Below, one piece after another: positions 49,239-57,708 of a DNA stretch of 57,708 nucleotides. Source of the DNA: Paenibacillus sp. Its GTDB lineage: Bacteria > Bacillota > Bacilli > Paenibacillales > Paenibacillaceae. Within the stretch, counting starts at the first letter, position 1, and every line of letters begins with the position of its first letter. The notes beneath the pieces are model-generated. The model saw only the letters and a list, made by a program, of their open reading frames with translations. It had not been told where the DNA came from and made no database searches. The stretch covers positions 1 to 57,708 of the forward strand of contig DASYFA010000152.1 in assembly GCA_036498705.1 (NCBI GenBank). The letters are read 5' to 3'. The position numbers and the translations under genes are program-made.

Positions 49239-52175
49239 CTAATGCCTAGTAGCGCCTTTACCGGTATAGTACGTTTCGGTAGGTCCTAGATAGCTGTCCG
49301 CAGGTCTTTTGCCTTCTGGATAGATGACCAATTTCTCCAATACAAAGCCCGGACTTACTGCGTAGATCCTTAATGCATTGATCCCTTTCCGGCAATGGAT
49401 TCCCGTGCTGTATTTACGAATGTGATTAAGAACCCCTTCTGCCCAATGACCATCATCCACCCGGTATCCTTCAGGTAATGTATTGACGACGCTAATCGCT
49501 TCCTCATTGACTTGGACCCCACAGAATAACGAACCTTCTTGGGTAACCGGATTAGATGGCTGCATATAGAGCTCCACCTCATACAATCCGCCTTCCTCTA
49601 CTGCAACCAGATATTCCAGATAAGGCGCGTCTTTGCCTGCAGTAAAGTATTCTGTCGTTGGATAAGCCTTCACAGCAGATAATGTTTTGCCGTATCCTTC
49701 AATCACTTCGAATTTACTAACTTCCCCATTTGGCTGGATGGCTTCCTGGTTTAGCGCATAATGCTCAGCTTCTATAGAGATATACCCGTTCGTCTCGATA
49801 AAAGTCATAGGAGGTAGTTCACTAAAATTATCTCTGGATACATTTACGATAACGGTGCAAGTGCCTACTGGCATTTCTATTACAATATGGCCTTCTGTCT
49901 CATCATTCATCGCACCACGGTCAACCTTTACATGAATGGCATCCGCTGTTTGTTCCTTCCCGTCTAAGCTACCGCTCGTTCTAGAACAGGTTAGCCACGG
50001 CTGATTACATGTAATCTTATACTCAGCAGTAAGATCGCTAATACTCGAAATGGTGAATGAAGCTTCCTCAACGTCCGGCTGTAGAAAATCATTCATATAT
50101 AATTTGTTGGTGTGCCACGCGCTTCCTTCGCTACGTTGAGTCGTTCCGTCTATTGCAACTGCCAATCTCGGTTTATTCGCAGGTATTACATTCATGAGGA
50201 TCGGATTTCGAGCTTCATCTTCATTCCACCTGGTGAAGCCGATATGCTCAGAAAGCCCCATACCATACCACCTGCCACCATCTATCGCATGATACTGATC
50301 CACGAGCTCTTTATCTTTTTTCATGCATTCTTTAATCTGTTCAGCAAGTTTATTGGCTTCCATTTCCCCTAACCTTGCTTTGTAATGATTTTTACCTGTG
50401 AGCAGCCACATTTTCTGCAAATTGAGGTTCCCTACGGTTGGATAATAGATTAGTGCGAAATAAGACGACAAGTTCCCTTCATCCACGGTCTTATACAGTT
50501 CATTAGCCATATCCAATAGGTAATCAATTTGAGCTAATAAATGATCTGTTTCCTTGTAATTTACAGGATGGTATACTTCTGAATTCATATGTTCAGGTCT
50601 GCAGATATGTGCCATCTTAGTATAGCCTGTCAGGAGCTCAAAGATCTTCTCCATATCCTCCTCATTGAACACGGCGGCGAACTGCTGCTGAATCCAACGC
50701 TTTGTATATAGATCCGTCTTATTAAGAGCATCGGTTCCCCATTGTTCAAAATCATACGCCAAATCAAGGAAATAGGATAACGGGAACTCCTGTGTACTAA
50801 TATCACCCACATTGACGATCCAAAGATCGCGGATTCCGAAGTCATAAGCCATCGTCATCTGTTCCCAAATTTTCGGGAGGTACGAACTGTTAATCCATTC
50901 AAAAGAGATCGGTCCACCATGATAATCAAAATGATAATACATCCCATAACCGCCCGGATGGTTACGCATCTCCTCTGTTGGCAATGTCCGGAGATTACCA
51001 TGGTTATCATCGCAGAGCATGAGAATGATGTTCTCAAGTACCTCCGAATCAATTAATCCTGGTGTATGCTCATCTCCATAAAAGAACGGCTCCACCTCTT
51101 TATATAAGGCCAACATTCTTGGTACTTCTGACAGGTCTGGATTGACATTTTCCCGGATCAACCGGTTCTGTGTATGTATGGCTTCTTGCAGCAATTGAAT
51201 ATTATCAGCAAGTGTAGCGCCTTTACCCATGATTGCCGTATCCGCTTCACCACGCATGCCAACGGTTATCACACTCTCAAATTTCCCGCTCCGCTTCAGA
51301 CCGTCTTCCCAGAACTTCGTAATCCCTTCTCTGTTCACAATGAAATTCCAGGCATCACCATAAATTGAATCCTTGCCGCGGAGATATTTATATTCCTCTC
51401 CCGATCGCAAACAAGGCTCGTGATGGGAAGCCCCCATGACGACTCCATATTCATCTGCCAGTTCCGCATTGGCCAAGCCAGGCCCGTCATCATAAAACCG
51501 AGCTGACCACATCGCAGGCCAGAGATAATTCCCTTTTAATCTTAGTAATAACTCAAAGACGTGATCATACATTTCTGCGTTAAAACCGCCATAATTTTTC
51601 ATCGTCCAATTGCCAAAGGCCGGCCATTCATCATTAATAAAAAAGCCGCGAAAACGAACAGATGGTTCTTTAGAGATATATTTCAAATCCGCACTCAAAG
51701 AGAACGATTCTTTCCACTCTGGCTTCACATTCGCCCAATCCACCAACGGAGAAACCCCGAGTCGCTCTGATAGATGAAAAAGACCATAGATCGTACCGCG
51801 TTTATCACTTCCCGCAATAACCAATGCTTTTTCAACACCTTCAAAAGGACGGTCTACGACTTGGAATAAGAATACTTCTCGCTTTCCTTTGATGTCTGAC
51901 AAATCTATCAGCTCGTTCTCTTCAAGCTCGAGCAGCATTGGGCTGTGGCCCACGGTTCCATACAGTACAACATTTTTGCCAAGCTGGCTTCTGTCTGTTG
52001 CTGCTTGCGGTGCATAACCAAAGACCAACTCCACATCATGCATAACCTTTTTGGCTATTTTGTTCACACCACTGAAAGCTTCCTCTTCCGAGTAAAATAG
52101 CGCGTCTGATATTGATGTACTATCGCTTGTAGCGCTTACATTTCTAAGCACCTCTTGAGTAATAGTAAACTTCAT
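49239..52175 (-). CDS. GH115 xylan alpha-1,2-glucuronidase, no signal peptide
   Basis: GSDKRGTIYG, PSVRFRGFFINDE, LKGNYLWPAMW, SHHEP, GMRGEAD, LYKEV, DDNHG, YYHFDY, NVGD. Confidence 0.92.
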   Translation of the reverse strand: MKFTITQEVLRNVSATSDSTSISDALFYSEEEAFSGVNKIAKKVMHDVELVFGYAPQAATDRSQLGKNVVLYGTVGHSPMLLELEENELIDLSDIKGKREVFLFQVVDRPFEGVEKALVIAGSDKRGTIYGLFHLSERLGVSPLVDWANVKPEWKESFSLSADLKYISKEPSVRFRGFFINDEWPAFGNWTMKNYGGFNAEMYDHVFELLLRLKGNYLWPAMWSARFYDDGPGLANAELADEYGVVMGASHHEPCLRSGEEYKYLRGKDSIYGDAWNFIVNREGITKFWEDGLKRSGKFESVITVGMRGEADTAIMGKGATLADNIQLLQEAIHTQNRLIRENVNPDLSEVPRMLALYKEVEPFFYGDEHTPGLIDSEVLENIILMLCDDNHGNLRTLPTEEMRNHPGGYGMYYHFDYHGGPISFEWINSSYLPKIWEQMTMAYDFGIRDLWIVNVGDISTQEFPLSYFLDLAYDFEQWGTDALNKTDLYTKRWIQQQFAAVFNEEDMEKIFELLTGYTKMAHICRPEHMNSEVYHPVNYKETDHLLAQIDYLLDMANELYKTVDEGNLSSYFALIYYPTVGNLNLQKMWLLTGKNHYKARLGEMEANKLAEQIKECMKKDKELVDQYHAIDGGRWYGMGLSEHIGFTRWNEDEARNPILMNVIPANKPRLAVAIDGTTQRSEGSAWHTNKLYMNDFLQPDVEEASFTISSISDLTAEYKITCNQPWLTCSRTSGSLDGKEQTADAIHVKVDRGAMNDETEGHIVIEMPVGTCTVIVNVSRDNFSELPPMTFIETNGYISIEAEHYALNQEAIQPNGEVSKFEVIEGYGKTLSAVKAYPTTEYFTAGKDAPYLEYLVAVEEGGLYEVELYMQPSNPVTQEGSLFCGVQVNEEAISVVNTLPEGYRVDDGHWAEGVLNHIRKYSTGIHCRKGINALRIYAVSPGFVLEKLVIYPEGKRPADSYLGPTETYYTGKGATRH

Positions 52176-52398
52176 AATAACTTCCTTTCTGCTGCTGTTT
52201 TCTCATACGATTATATGCTCTCTTCATTTTATTACAGCCAGTATATATAAATTGGTGATTAAAAGATATGCACTCTACGAGCATGAATCTACCATAATCT
52301 CTCATGGTGGCTTACTTGTGATACGGTTCTGCTCATCATCCCAAAGGCGAAAAAAAGAATCTGATCTGCCAAAGATCAGACTCCTCCCCACCGTTCAC

Positions 52399-52433
52399 GA
52401 ATAGCCCCTTTGGGCCGTCCAAAAGGGCTGTTC
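52399..52433 (-). terminator. Hairpin after 52443-53000 gene
   Basis: gaatagcccctttgg/ccaaaagggctgttc. Confidence 0.6.
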
Positions 52434-52442
52434 ATCTTGCAG

Positions 52443-53000
52443 TTATTGTAACTCGGCTTCTACTGCGGCAGCTTCGGCTGGTGTCATCAGGCCTTGAACG
52501 GCACCTAGAAACGGGCGTACAGACCTAATCATGCCGTATCCCAACTTCACGACCGGAACAAATCGCTGGATCATGCCGAACAGCCGAATGCCTCCGCCTA
52601 GCGCACCGCCGAGTGCACCCGCGCCACCAAGCCCACCTAGTCCCCCGCCGAACAACGAGCCTAATATCGGCAGAAAAGATGATATTTGGGCGTCCTTGCG
52701 GGAGCGGGAACGGACGGAAGACTTGCGCGATTGAGAACGGACGGATGGCTTACGCGAGCCGCTTCGTCGGCTGCCGTAACGACTGCCCGGGGCATGGGAG
52801 CCTGCTCTGCCCTGCTTACGCCGGGAGCTCTGCTTCCCGGATGAGGTGCTCGGCTGAGCTCCGGCGCTGGCCAGCGTCAAGCCGCTGCTATTGACGTCGG
52901 TAATGTAGCCGACGTAGGTCCTTCCGCTGTGCAGGGTGATGCATACCGGCCGACCCTGCAGCCGTATAGCCTGTGTGAACACCTCTTTGGATTGTGCCAT
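52443..53000 (-). CDS. Probable spore-coat-type protein (Sm-like N-terminus, Arg/Ser-rich linker, Gly-rich amphipathic tail)
   Basis: GRPVCITLHSGRTYVGYITDV; SRKPSVRSQSRKSSVRSRSRK; FGGGLGGLGGAGALGG; RBS gaggtg. Confidence 0.55.
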   Translation of the reverse strand: MAQSKEVFTQAIRLQGRPVCITLHSGRTYVGYITDVNSSGLTLASAGAQPSTSSGKQSSRRKQGRAGSHAPGSRYGSRRSGSRKPSVRSQSRKSSVRSRSRKDAQISSFLPILGSLFGGGLGGLGGAGALGGALGGGIRLFGMIQRFVPVVKLGYGMIRSVRPFLGAVQGLMTPAEAAAVEAELQ

Positions 53001-53233
53001 GGAAGTATCACCTCGCTCACTGGTTATAGTTCATTGTACGCCAAGGGCGGAGTGCCTGCTTGTGCGAATGCAGCATGCCCACAAGCCCGCTTCGCTGCGC
53101 CAATGCCTATTGCCAAGTTATTCCACATTCATTCCCGCCCGAGGGAGGTTTGTTTTTTAATTGAAAAATTGATAAATCATAAGTAATAATAAGATTATTA
53201 ACACAGTACACAACATAACTGGAGGTATACACC

Positions 53234-53755
53234 TTGAGTAAACATGACGCTCAGTATTATATATCCAAACTGGGGCTCGAACCCCACCCAGAGGGCGGAT
53301 ATTACAAAAGAACGTTCGAATCTGAGGAAAAAACTTCAGATCAAGAACTGTCCGTTTCTTTTGAAGGAACAAGATTGCTTTATACAAGCATCTACTTCTT
53401 ATTAGGCTCAACTAATATCTCTCACTTCCATCGTTTGAAATCCGATGAGCTATGGTACTATCACGCAGGGAGTCCATTAACGGTACATGTCATCAATGAG
53501 AATGGAGAATATAAAGAGTTGAAGTTAGGAATCAACTTGGATAAGGGAGAAGTCCCGCAAGTGCTAGTCCCAAAGAATAGTATCTTTGGTTCATCTGTTA
53601 CGGATCAAGATACCTTCTCTTTAGTAGGGTGTATGGTTTCACCTGGTTTTGAGTTTCGAGATTTTGAGTTATTTACACAGGACGAGCTCCTGGCTAAATA
53701 CCCTCAACATAAGGATGCCATCATGAAGTTGGCCTATGAAGTGATTCCAGTTTAG
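53234..53755 (+). CDS. Cupin_5 (DUF985) protein
   Basis: LEPHPEGGYY, TSIYFLL, SHFHRLKSDELW, GCMVSPGFEF-x-DFEL; TTG after ggagg. Confidence 0.9.
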   Translation: MSKHDAQYYISKLGLEPHPEGGYYKRTFESEEKTSDQELSVSFEGTRLLYTSIYFLLGSTNISHFHRLKSDELWYYHAGSPLTVHVINENGEYKELKLGINLDKGEVPQVLVPKNSIFGSSVTDQDTFSLVGCMVSPGFEFRDFELFTQDELLAKYPQHKDAIMKLAYEVIPV

Positions 53756-53781
53756 TAACCCCACGTTGGATATCAATCTTG

Positions 53782-53819
53782 GGGGACACGGCTTATAAGT
53801 AAACGCCTGTCCCCTTTTT
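53782..53819 (+). terminator. Intrinsic terminator
   Basis: ggggaca.ggc/gcc.tgtccccttttt. Confidence 0.65.
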
Positions 53820-53861
53820 CAATTTATATTTTCTCTTCTAATGCATCCTCACAAGAGTATG

Positions 53862-54413
53862 TTACATCCCTTTTTTATACATCAAAGAGATTTGATCCGC
53901 GATGTATTCGGAGCTAAATTGCGTGCCATCCTTAATCCACCACATAATAATCCCGAGGAGTGACGATGCAAGAATATCAACCGAAACGACTCCCCTTGTG
54001 TACTGAATCTTTCTCGCGTCTCTTCGCTTTTCTATCGTATTTTTTAATAGATTGAACATATGGCTTTTGAATCCCTTGTTCTCAAATAGTACAGCAAAAA
54101 TTTTCCGATATTCATAAAAATAATTTAAAAATGTAACCAACGTGTCCTGCTCATTGTTACTTTTTCCTTGTAATAACGGATCAATCTTCATCGTTAAGTC
54201 ATCAAAGATTTCATGTACGATCTGCCGTAACAAGTCGTTAATATCCTCATAATGCAAATAAAACGTTGCACGATTTAGTTCTGCACGTTCCGCAATTTTT
54301 TGAACGGTCAGTTGTGAAATATCGATATTTTCAGTTATTAAGGAAAAAACGGCATTCTTCAGCATCTTTTTCGAACGAATGGCACGAGGATCTTCTTTTT
54401 TATATATAGACAT
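53862..54413 (-). CDS. TetR/AcrR-family regulator
   Basis: DPRAIRSKK, TVQKIAERAELNRATFYLHYED, WW tail. Confidence 0.92.
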   Translation of the reverse strand: MSIYKKEDPRAIRSKKMLKNAVFSLITENIDISQLTVQKIAERAELNRATFYLHYEDINDLLRQIVHEIFDDLTMKIDPLLQGKSNNEQDTLVTFLNYFYEYRKIFAVLFENKGFKSHMFNLLKNTIEKRRDARKIQYTRGVVSVDILASSLLGIIMWWIKDGTQFSSEYIADQISLMYKKGM

Positions 54414-54583
54414 TTCATCCCTCAATTATCGATTATTTTCTGACTTCATTAACAGATCAATATTTTCTGTTGATTAGTCAACATTTTTAAAGAGATTGTA
54501 GATAGGCATTTTTCTTAAATGTTGATATGCTCTATTTTATTGACACACTGTCGAAAAAGCAACGAAAAGAGGGCTTACTCTAT

Positions 54584-56041
54584 ATGCAAGAAGACAACAA
54601 GAAAATAAACAAAGGGATATTACTCAGCATTCTAATCGTTGGCTGTTTCTTATCAACATTGAATCAAACGATATTAAATATCGCATTAAGTAATTTAATG
54701 GATGTGTTTCGTGTATCGGCGACAACCGTACAATGGATTTCGACGGGTTTCATGCTGGTCAATGGGGTATTGATCCCGGTTACAGCCTATTTAATGAAAC
54801 GCTTTACAACACGTCAATTATTCATAAGTTCCATGCTATTTTTATTAATCGGTTCGATGATTTGTGCAGCGGCACCAAGCTTTAGTGTGCTATTAGCAGG
54901 GCGTATGATTCAAGCTGCTGGTGCAGGGATTATTATGCCACTTATGATGAGTGTCGTTCTTGCCATTTTTCCAATTGAAAAGCGCGGAAGTGCAATGGGC
55001 TTACTGGGACTAGCGATGATCTTCGCTCCTGCCATTGGCCCCACACTTGCGGGATTCGTCATCCAATATTACTCTTGGCGCTGGTTATTTATCGGCCTAA
55101 TCCCGCTTATCGCTATCGTCATTTTGTTGGCATTGAAATATTTAGTGAATGTATCTGAGACGTCTAAGGCGAAGCTCGATACGCTAAGTGTTATTTTATC
55201 AACCGTCGGATTTGGATTTATTTTATATGGGTTTAGTAGTGCAGGTAGTAAAGGCTGGGGCGATGTAATCGTGGTCCTTTCATTAGTGATTGGTATCGTT
55301 GTAACAGCCATCTTCTGTATTCGACAAATAAAGTCCAATGACCCCATGTTGAATTTATCTGTCTTTAAAAATAAAATCTTTACGTTAACGTCACTTATAA
55401 ACGTTCTAATCACGATGATGATGTACGCAGATATGATTTTATTGCCTATCTATCTACAAAAGGGTCGTGGATTTACAGCATTTGATGCAGGGCTTCTTTT
55501 ATTACCAGGTGCCCTCGTGAATGCGTTTATGTCACCGGTCACGGGTAGATTATACGATCGCTTTGGTGCGAAGCCGCTGTTTATCATTGGTTTACTGTTT
55601 ATTATCCCATCCATGTGGGCGGTAACAGATTTATCTGAATCGACAACTTATATGTATTTAATGATTCGTACGATTGGCCTTCGAATTGGATTAAGCTTCA
55701 TTACAATGCCACTTAATACGGCCGGATTAAATGCGCTCCCCAAACAACTCGGTATGCATGGCTCCGCTGTGAATAATACCGTTCGCCAAATTGCTGGGGC
55801 GATTGGTACCGCCGTCGTGATTACGATTTATACCGCGCAGGCAACAAGCCATGCAGCTACAGTGATGCAGACCAATCCTTCTACTACTGCTGATCACCTT
55901 AAATCACTTGCTTCCATTCTAGGCGCAAGTGATGCCTATTATTTCATGATGATTTTATCTATTGCGGCGCTTGTCATCACATTATTTATGCCTATGAGAA
56001 GGAAAGCAAAGGTTGAAGAAGAACGCACATATAACAGCTAG
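54584..56041 (+). CDS. DHA2 (14-TM) MFS drug:H+ antiporter, LmrB-like
   Basis: LNQTILNIAL, QWISTGFML, GRMIQAAGAG, PAIGPTL, WRWLF, RQIAGAIGTA. Confidence 0.93.
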   Translation: MQEDNKKINKGILLSILIVGCFLSTLNQTILNIALSNLMDVFRVSATTVQWISTGFMLVNGVLIPVTAYLMKRFTTRQLFISSMLFLLIGSMICAAAPSFSVLLAGRMIQAAGAGIIMPLMMSVVLAIFPIEKRGSAMGLLGLAMIFAPAIGPTLAGFVIQYYSWRWLFIGLIPLIAIVILLALKYLVNVSETSKAKLDTLSVILSTVGFGFILYGFSSAGSKGWGDVIVVLSLVIGIVVTAIFCIRQIKSNDPMLNLSVFKNKIFTLTSLINVLITMMMYADMILLPIYLQKGRGFTAFDAGLLLLPGALVNAFMSPVTGRLYDRFGAKPLFIIGLLFIIPSMWAVTDLSESTTYMYLMIRTIGLRIGLSFITMPLNTAGLNALPKQLGMHGSAVNNTVRQIAGAIGTAVVITIYTAQATSHAATVMQTNPSTTADHLKSLASILGASDAYYFMMILSIAALVITLFMPMRRKAKVEEERTYNS

Positions 56042-56188
56042 CCTGATTCATTTTCATCTACTTATTTCTCTTTCTAGCCTAATTGAAGTTGCTCCTCCGG
56101 CGGAGAATACAGATTTAGGTAGAGCCGGAAACTTGCCGCTATTTATGATACGGTTCAGCTTAACGGGTCTATCGGCGAAAAATGCTAA

Positions 56189-56212
56189 AGGAGCATGCCG
56201 CGGCATGCTCCT
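56189..56212. terminator. Perfect 24-bp palindrome, probable terminator hairpin
   Basis: aggagcatgccgcggcatgctcct. Confidence 0.5.
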
Positions 56213-56423
56213 GCGTTGATGTTCTTATGGATTTTTATTCTCATGATCTACACGACAGGCTGACGATTCGGTGCCGAGGCACTTCGAAAAGTTGGCCTTT
56301 TTATTGATTTACCTAGTTGAGTTGACCATGCTTTCGAAATAGGAATGACCGGGCTCCGAACACGAAGTCTCGTGAGGCGTTTTTGGATTGGGTAGAAAAG
56401 CCCTTCCTAGTGAATAACCTATG

Positions 56424-56483
56424 TGTAAAACAAACTTGACATAGGATCTATTTTTAATTACATTATGTATAGTTTGGTTTACA
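56424..56483 (+). promoter_or_regulatory. SigA promoter flanked by two XRE-type operators
   Basis: TTGACA(56436)-17-TACATT; tgtaaaacaaacttgaca (56424) and tgtatagtttggtttaca (56466, its near reverse complement). Confidence 0.6.
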
Positions 56484-56517
56484 TTTTGGAAATGATTCTT
56501 TTAATGAGGAGGTCAAT

Positions 56518-56964
56518 ATGTCCTATCAAGAAAAGAAAAATTTTGTTTCCATCATCAGCAGTTTACTCATCTTCACCCTCTACACTTTATACGCGGTAAA
56601 CAAGGCCGAGGAAGGCAGCATCACTTCGGCCAGCGACTTCAGTTTTTGGGGTTCCTTCATTCTGGTGCTGCTCCCGGTGTCGATTGTAGCTAAGATTATT
56701 ATTCATGTCGTGTTTGTCATCATCAATAAAATCGCCACGAATGAAGATGGGCCTTCTTTTGAAGATGAGTTGGATAAGATCATCGAGTTGAAGGCAGACC
56801 GGATTTCGCTTTATGTGTTTTTCTTCGGGTTTATATTATCCATGATTCCGCTCGTTACGGATCTTCCAACTTACTTAACGTTTCTTGTGTTGATCTTCTT
56901 CGGTTTTTTATCCGATCTACTGGGACGTATCGCTCAATTCTACTTTTATAGAAAAGGAGTTTAA
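56518..56964 (+). CDS. Four-TM membrane protein (DUF2178-like)
   Basis: Hydrophobic segments with central EDELDKIIELKA, basic YRKGV end; RBS gaggagg. Confidence 0.75.
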   Translation: MSYQEKKNFVSIISSLLIFTLYTLYAVNKAEEGSITSASDFSFWGSFILVLLPVSIVAKIIIHVVFVIINKIATNEDGPSFEDELDKIIELKADRISLYVFFFGFILSMIPLVTDLPTYLTFLVLIFFGFLSDLLGRIAQFYFYRKGV

Positions 56965-56965
56965 C

Positions 56966-57187
56966 ATGGGAAAGGATGCGATCAGCAATCATATACGGAA
57001 TCTTCGCTTTCATCATAACGAGATGACCCAGCAGCAATTAGCTGATAAGGCCGGGGTCACCAGACAAACGATTGTTGCTATCGAGAAGGGAAATTATTCA
57101 CCTTCATTGGAGCTGGCTTTTCGCATCGCGCGTGTCTTCGGAAAGTCCATCGAAGAGGTCTTTCAATATGATGATAAGGGCAGGTAA
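56966..57187 (+). CDS. XRE/HTH_3 transcriptional regulator
   Basis: MTQQQLADKAGVTRQTIVAIEKGNYSPSLELAFRIA. Confidence 0.92.
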   Translation: MGKDAISNHIRNLRFHHNEMTQQQLADKAGVTRQTIVAIEKGNYSPSLELAFRIARVFGKSIEEVFQYDDKGR

Positions 57188-57205
57188 GGATGAGGAGGCT
57201 CATGG

Positions 57206-57708
57206 ATGATGAGGAAGAATCCAAATTCAGGAAGAAGGTCTGCAGTAATTACCGGGGTGTTATTATTAGCCGGGTTGGTTACAGGTATATTTAGTGTTGT
57301 TCCAGTTATAGATGGAGCAGACTACCTTGTTCAGGCTTCTACAAATAAAAATCAGGTACTGATAGGAGCGTTTTCCCAGTTGTTAATGGCTGTTGCATAT
57401 GTGGGTATTCCTATTGCGATGTACCCGATTTTAAGTAAGCATAATAAAGGTTTAGCTCTTGGATCTGCTGCTTTCGGCATCATTGCGGGTGTGTTCATTA
57501 TTATTGGTGTAATCATTCTTCTGTTGCTATTGACATTAAGCCACGAATTTGCAAAAGTTGGAACTCTGAATGGCTCGTATTTTCAGACCTTGGGTGGATT
57601 GTTACGGGAAGGACGTGATTTGGTGAATCATGTGGCCACGACACTGACATCTGTTTTGGGGATGTTCTTGTTTAACTGCATATTTTACCAAACAAAATTC
57701 GTCCCACG
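57206..57708 (+). CDS. DUF4386-like membrane protein, 3'-truncated by window edge
   Basis: Not in ORF track (no stop in window); MMRKNPNSGRRSAVITGVLLLAG...IAMYPILSKHNKGLALG...FYQTKFVP open to the end; RBS gaggagg. Confidence 0.7.
   Translation, partial: MMRKNPNSGRRSAVITGVLLLAGLVTGIFSVVPVIDGADYLVQASTNKNQVLIGAFSQLLMAVAYVGIPIAMYPILSKHNKGLALGSAAFGIIAGVFIIIGVIILLLLLTLSHEFAKVGTLNGSYFQTLGGLLREGRDLVNHVATTLTSVLGMFLFNCIFYQTKFVP

Noticed and set aside
1440-56219. Numerous short antisense or overlapping ORFs in the six-frame track
   Set aside because: They lie opposite or within well-supported genes, and lack RBSs and motifs
56042-56400. Possible decayed gene or sRNA between the DHA2 MFS and the XRE operon
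   Set aside because: No recognisable protein motif or RBS-linked ORF; only one palindrome

Overview
Bacillales chromosome segment, most consistent with Paenibacillus (inferred from gene families, GGAGG RBSs, sigmaA/PhoP-type sites and secreted GH10-Fn3-CBM3 and stalk-domain proteins). No rRNA, tRNA, CRISPR array, transposase or phage gene was recognised. The main accessory feature (about 1.1-21.8 kb) is a putative sulfated-glycoside catabolic island. It holds a Cys-type sulfatase, three cytoplasmic GH3 glycosidases, a GPH-family MFS importer, a CYP107-like P450, an SDR, a His-less HPr-like protein and a 70-aa protein resembling the GH3 C-terminal tail. It also has a short-chain CHR (chromate/sulfate) transporter pair, a ROK regulator, an anaerobic sulfatase maturase and two inverted AraC-GH3 modules sharing a conserved promoter element. 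Deletion scars of a second sulfatase, an FGE and a second GPH transporter are visible. The rest is a mosaic of small modules: GH10 and GH115 xylan enzymes, MocR-GNAT, SUKH-L7/L12-like fusion, mqo, a Pho-box pstSCA operon lacking pstB, orphan trpB, divergent hprK, CarD/MarR, MATE, DUF4062, TetR-MFS pairs, PAS-MCP, WYL-GyrI, a probable spore protein and an XRE operon. Several tiny pseudogene remnants and a nested inverted-repeat element also occur. All family calls are by motif recognition by eye, not by database search.
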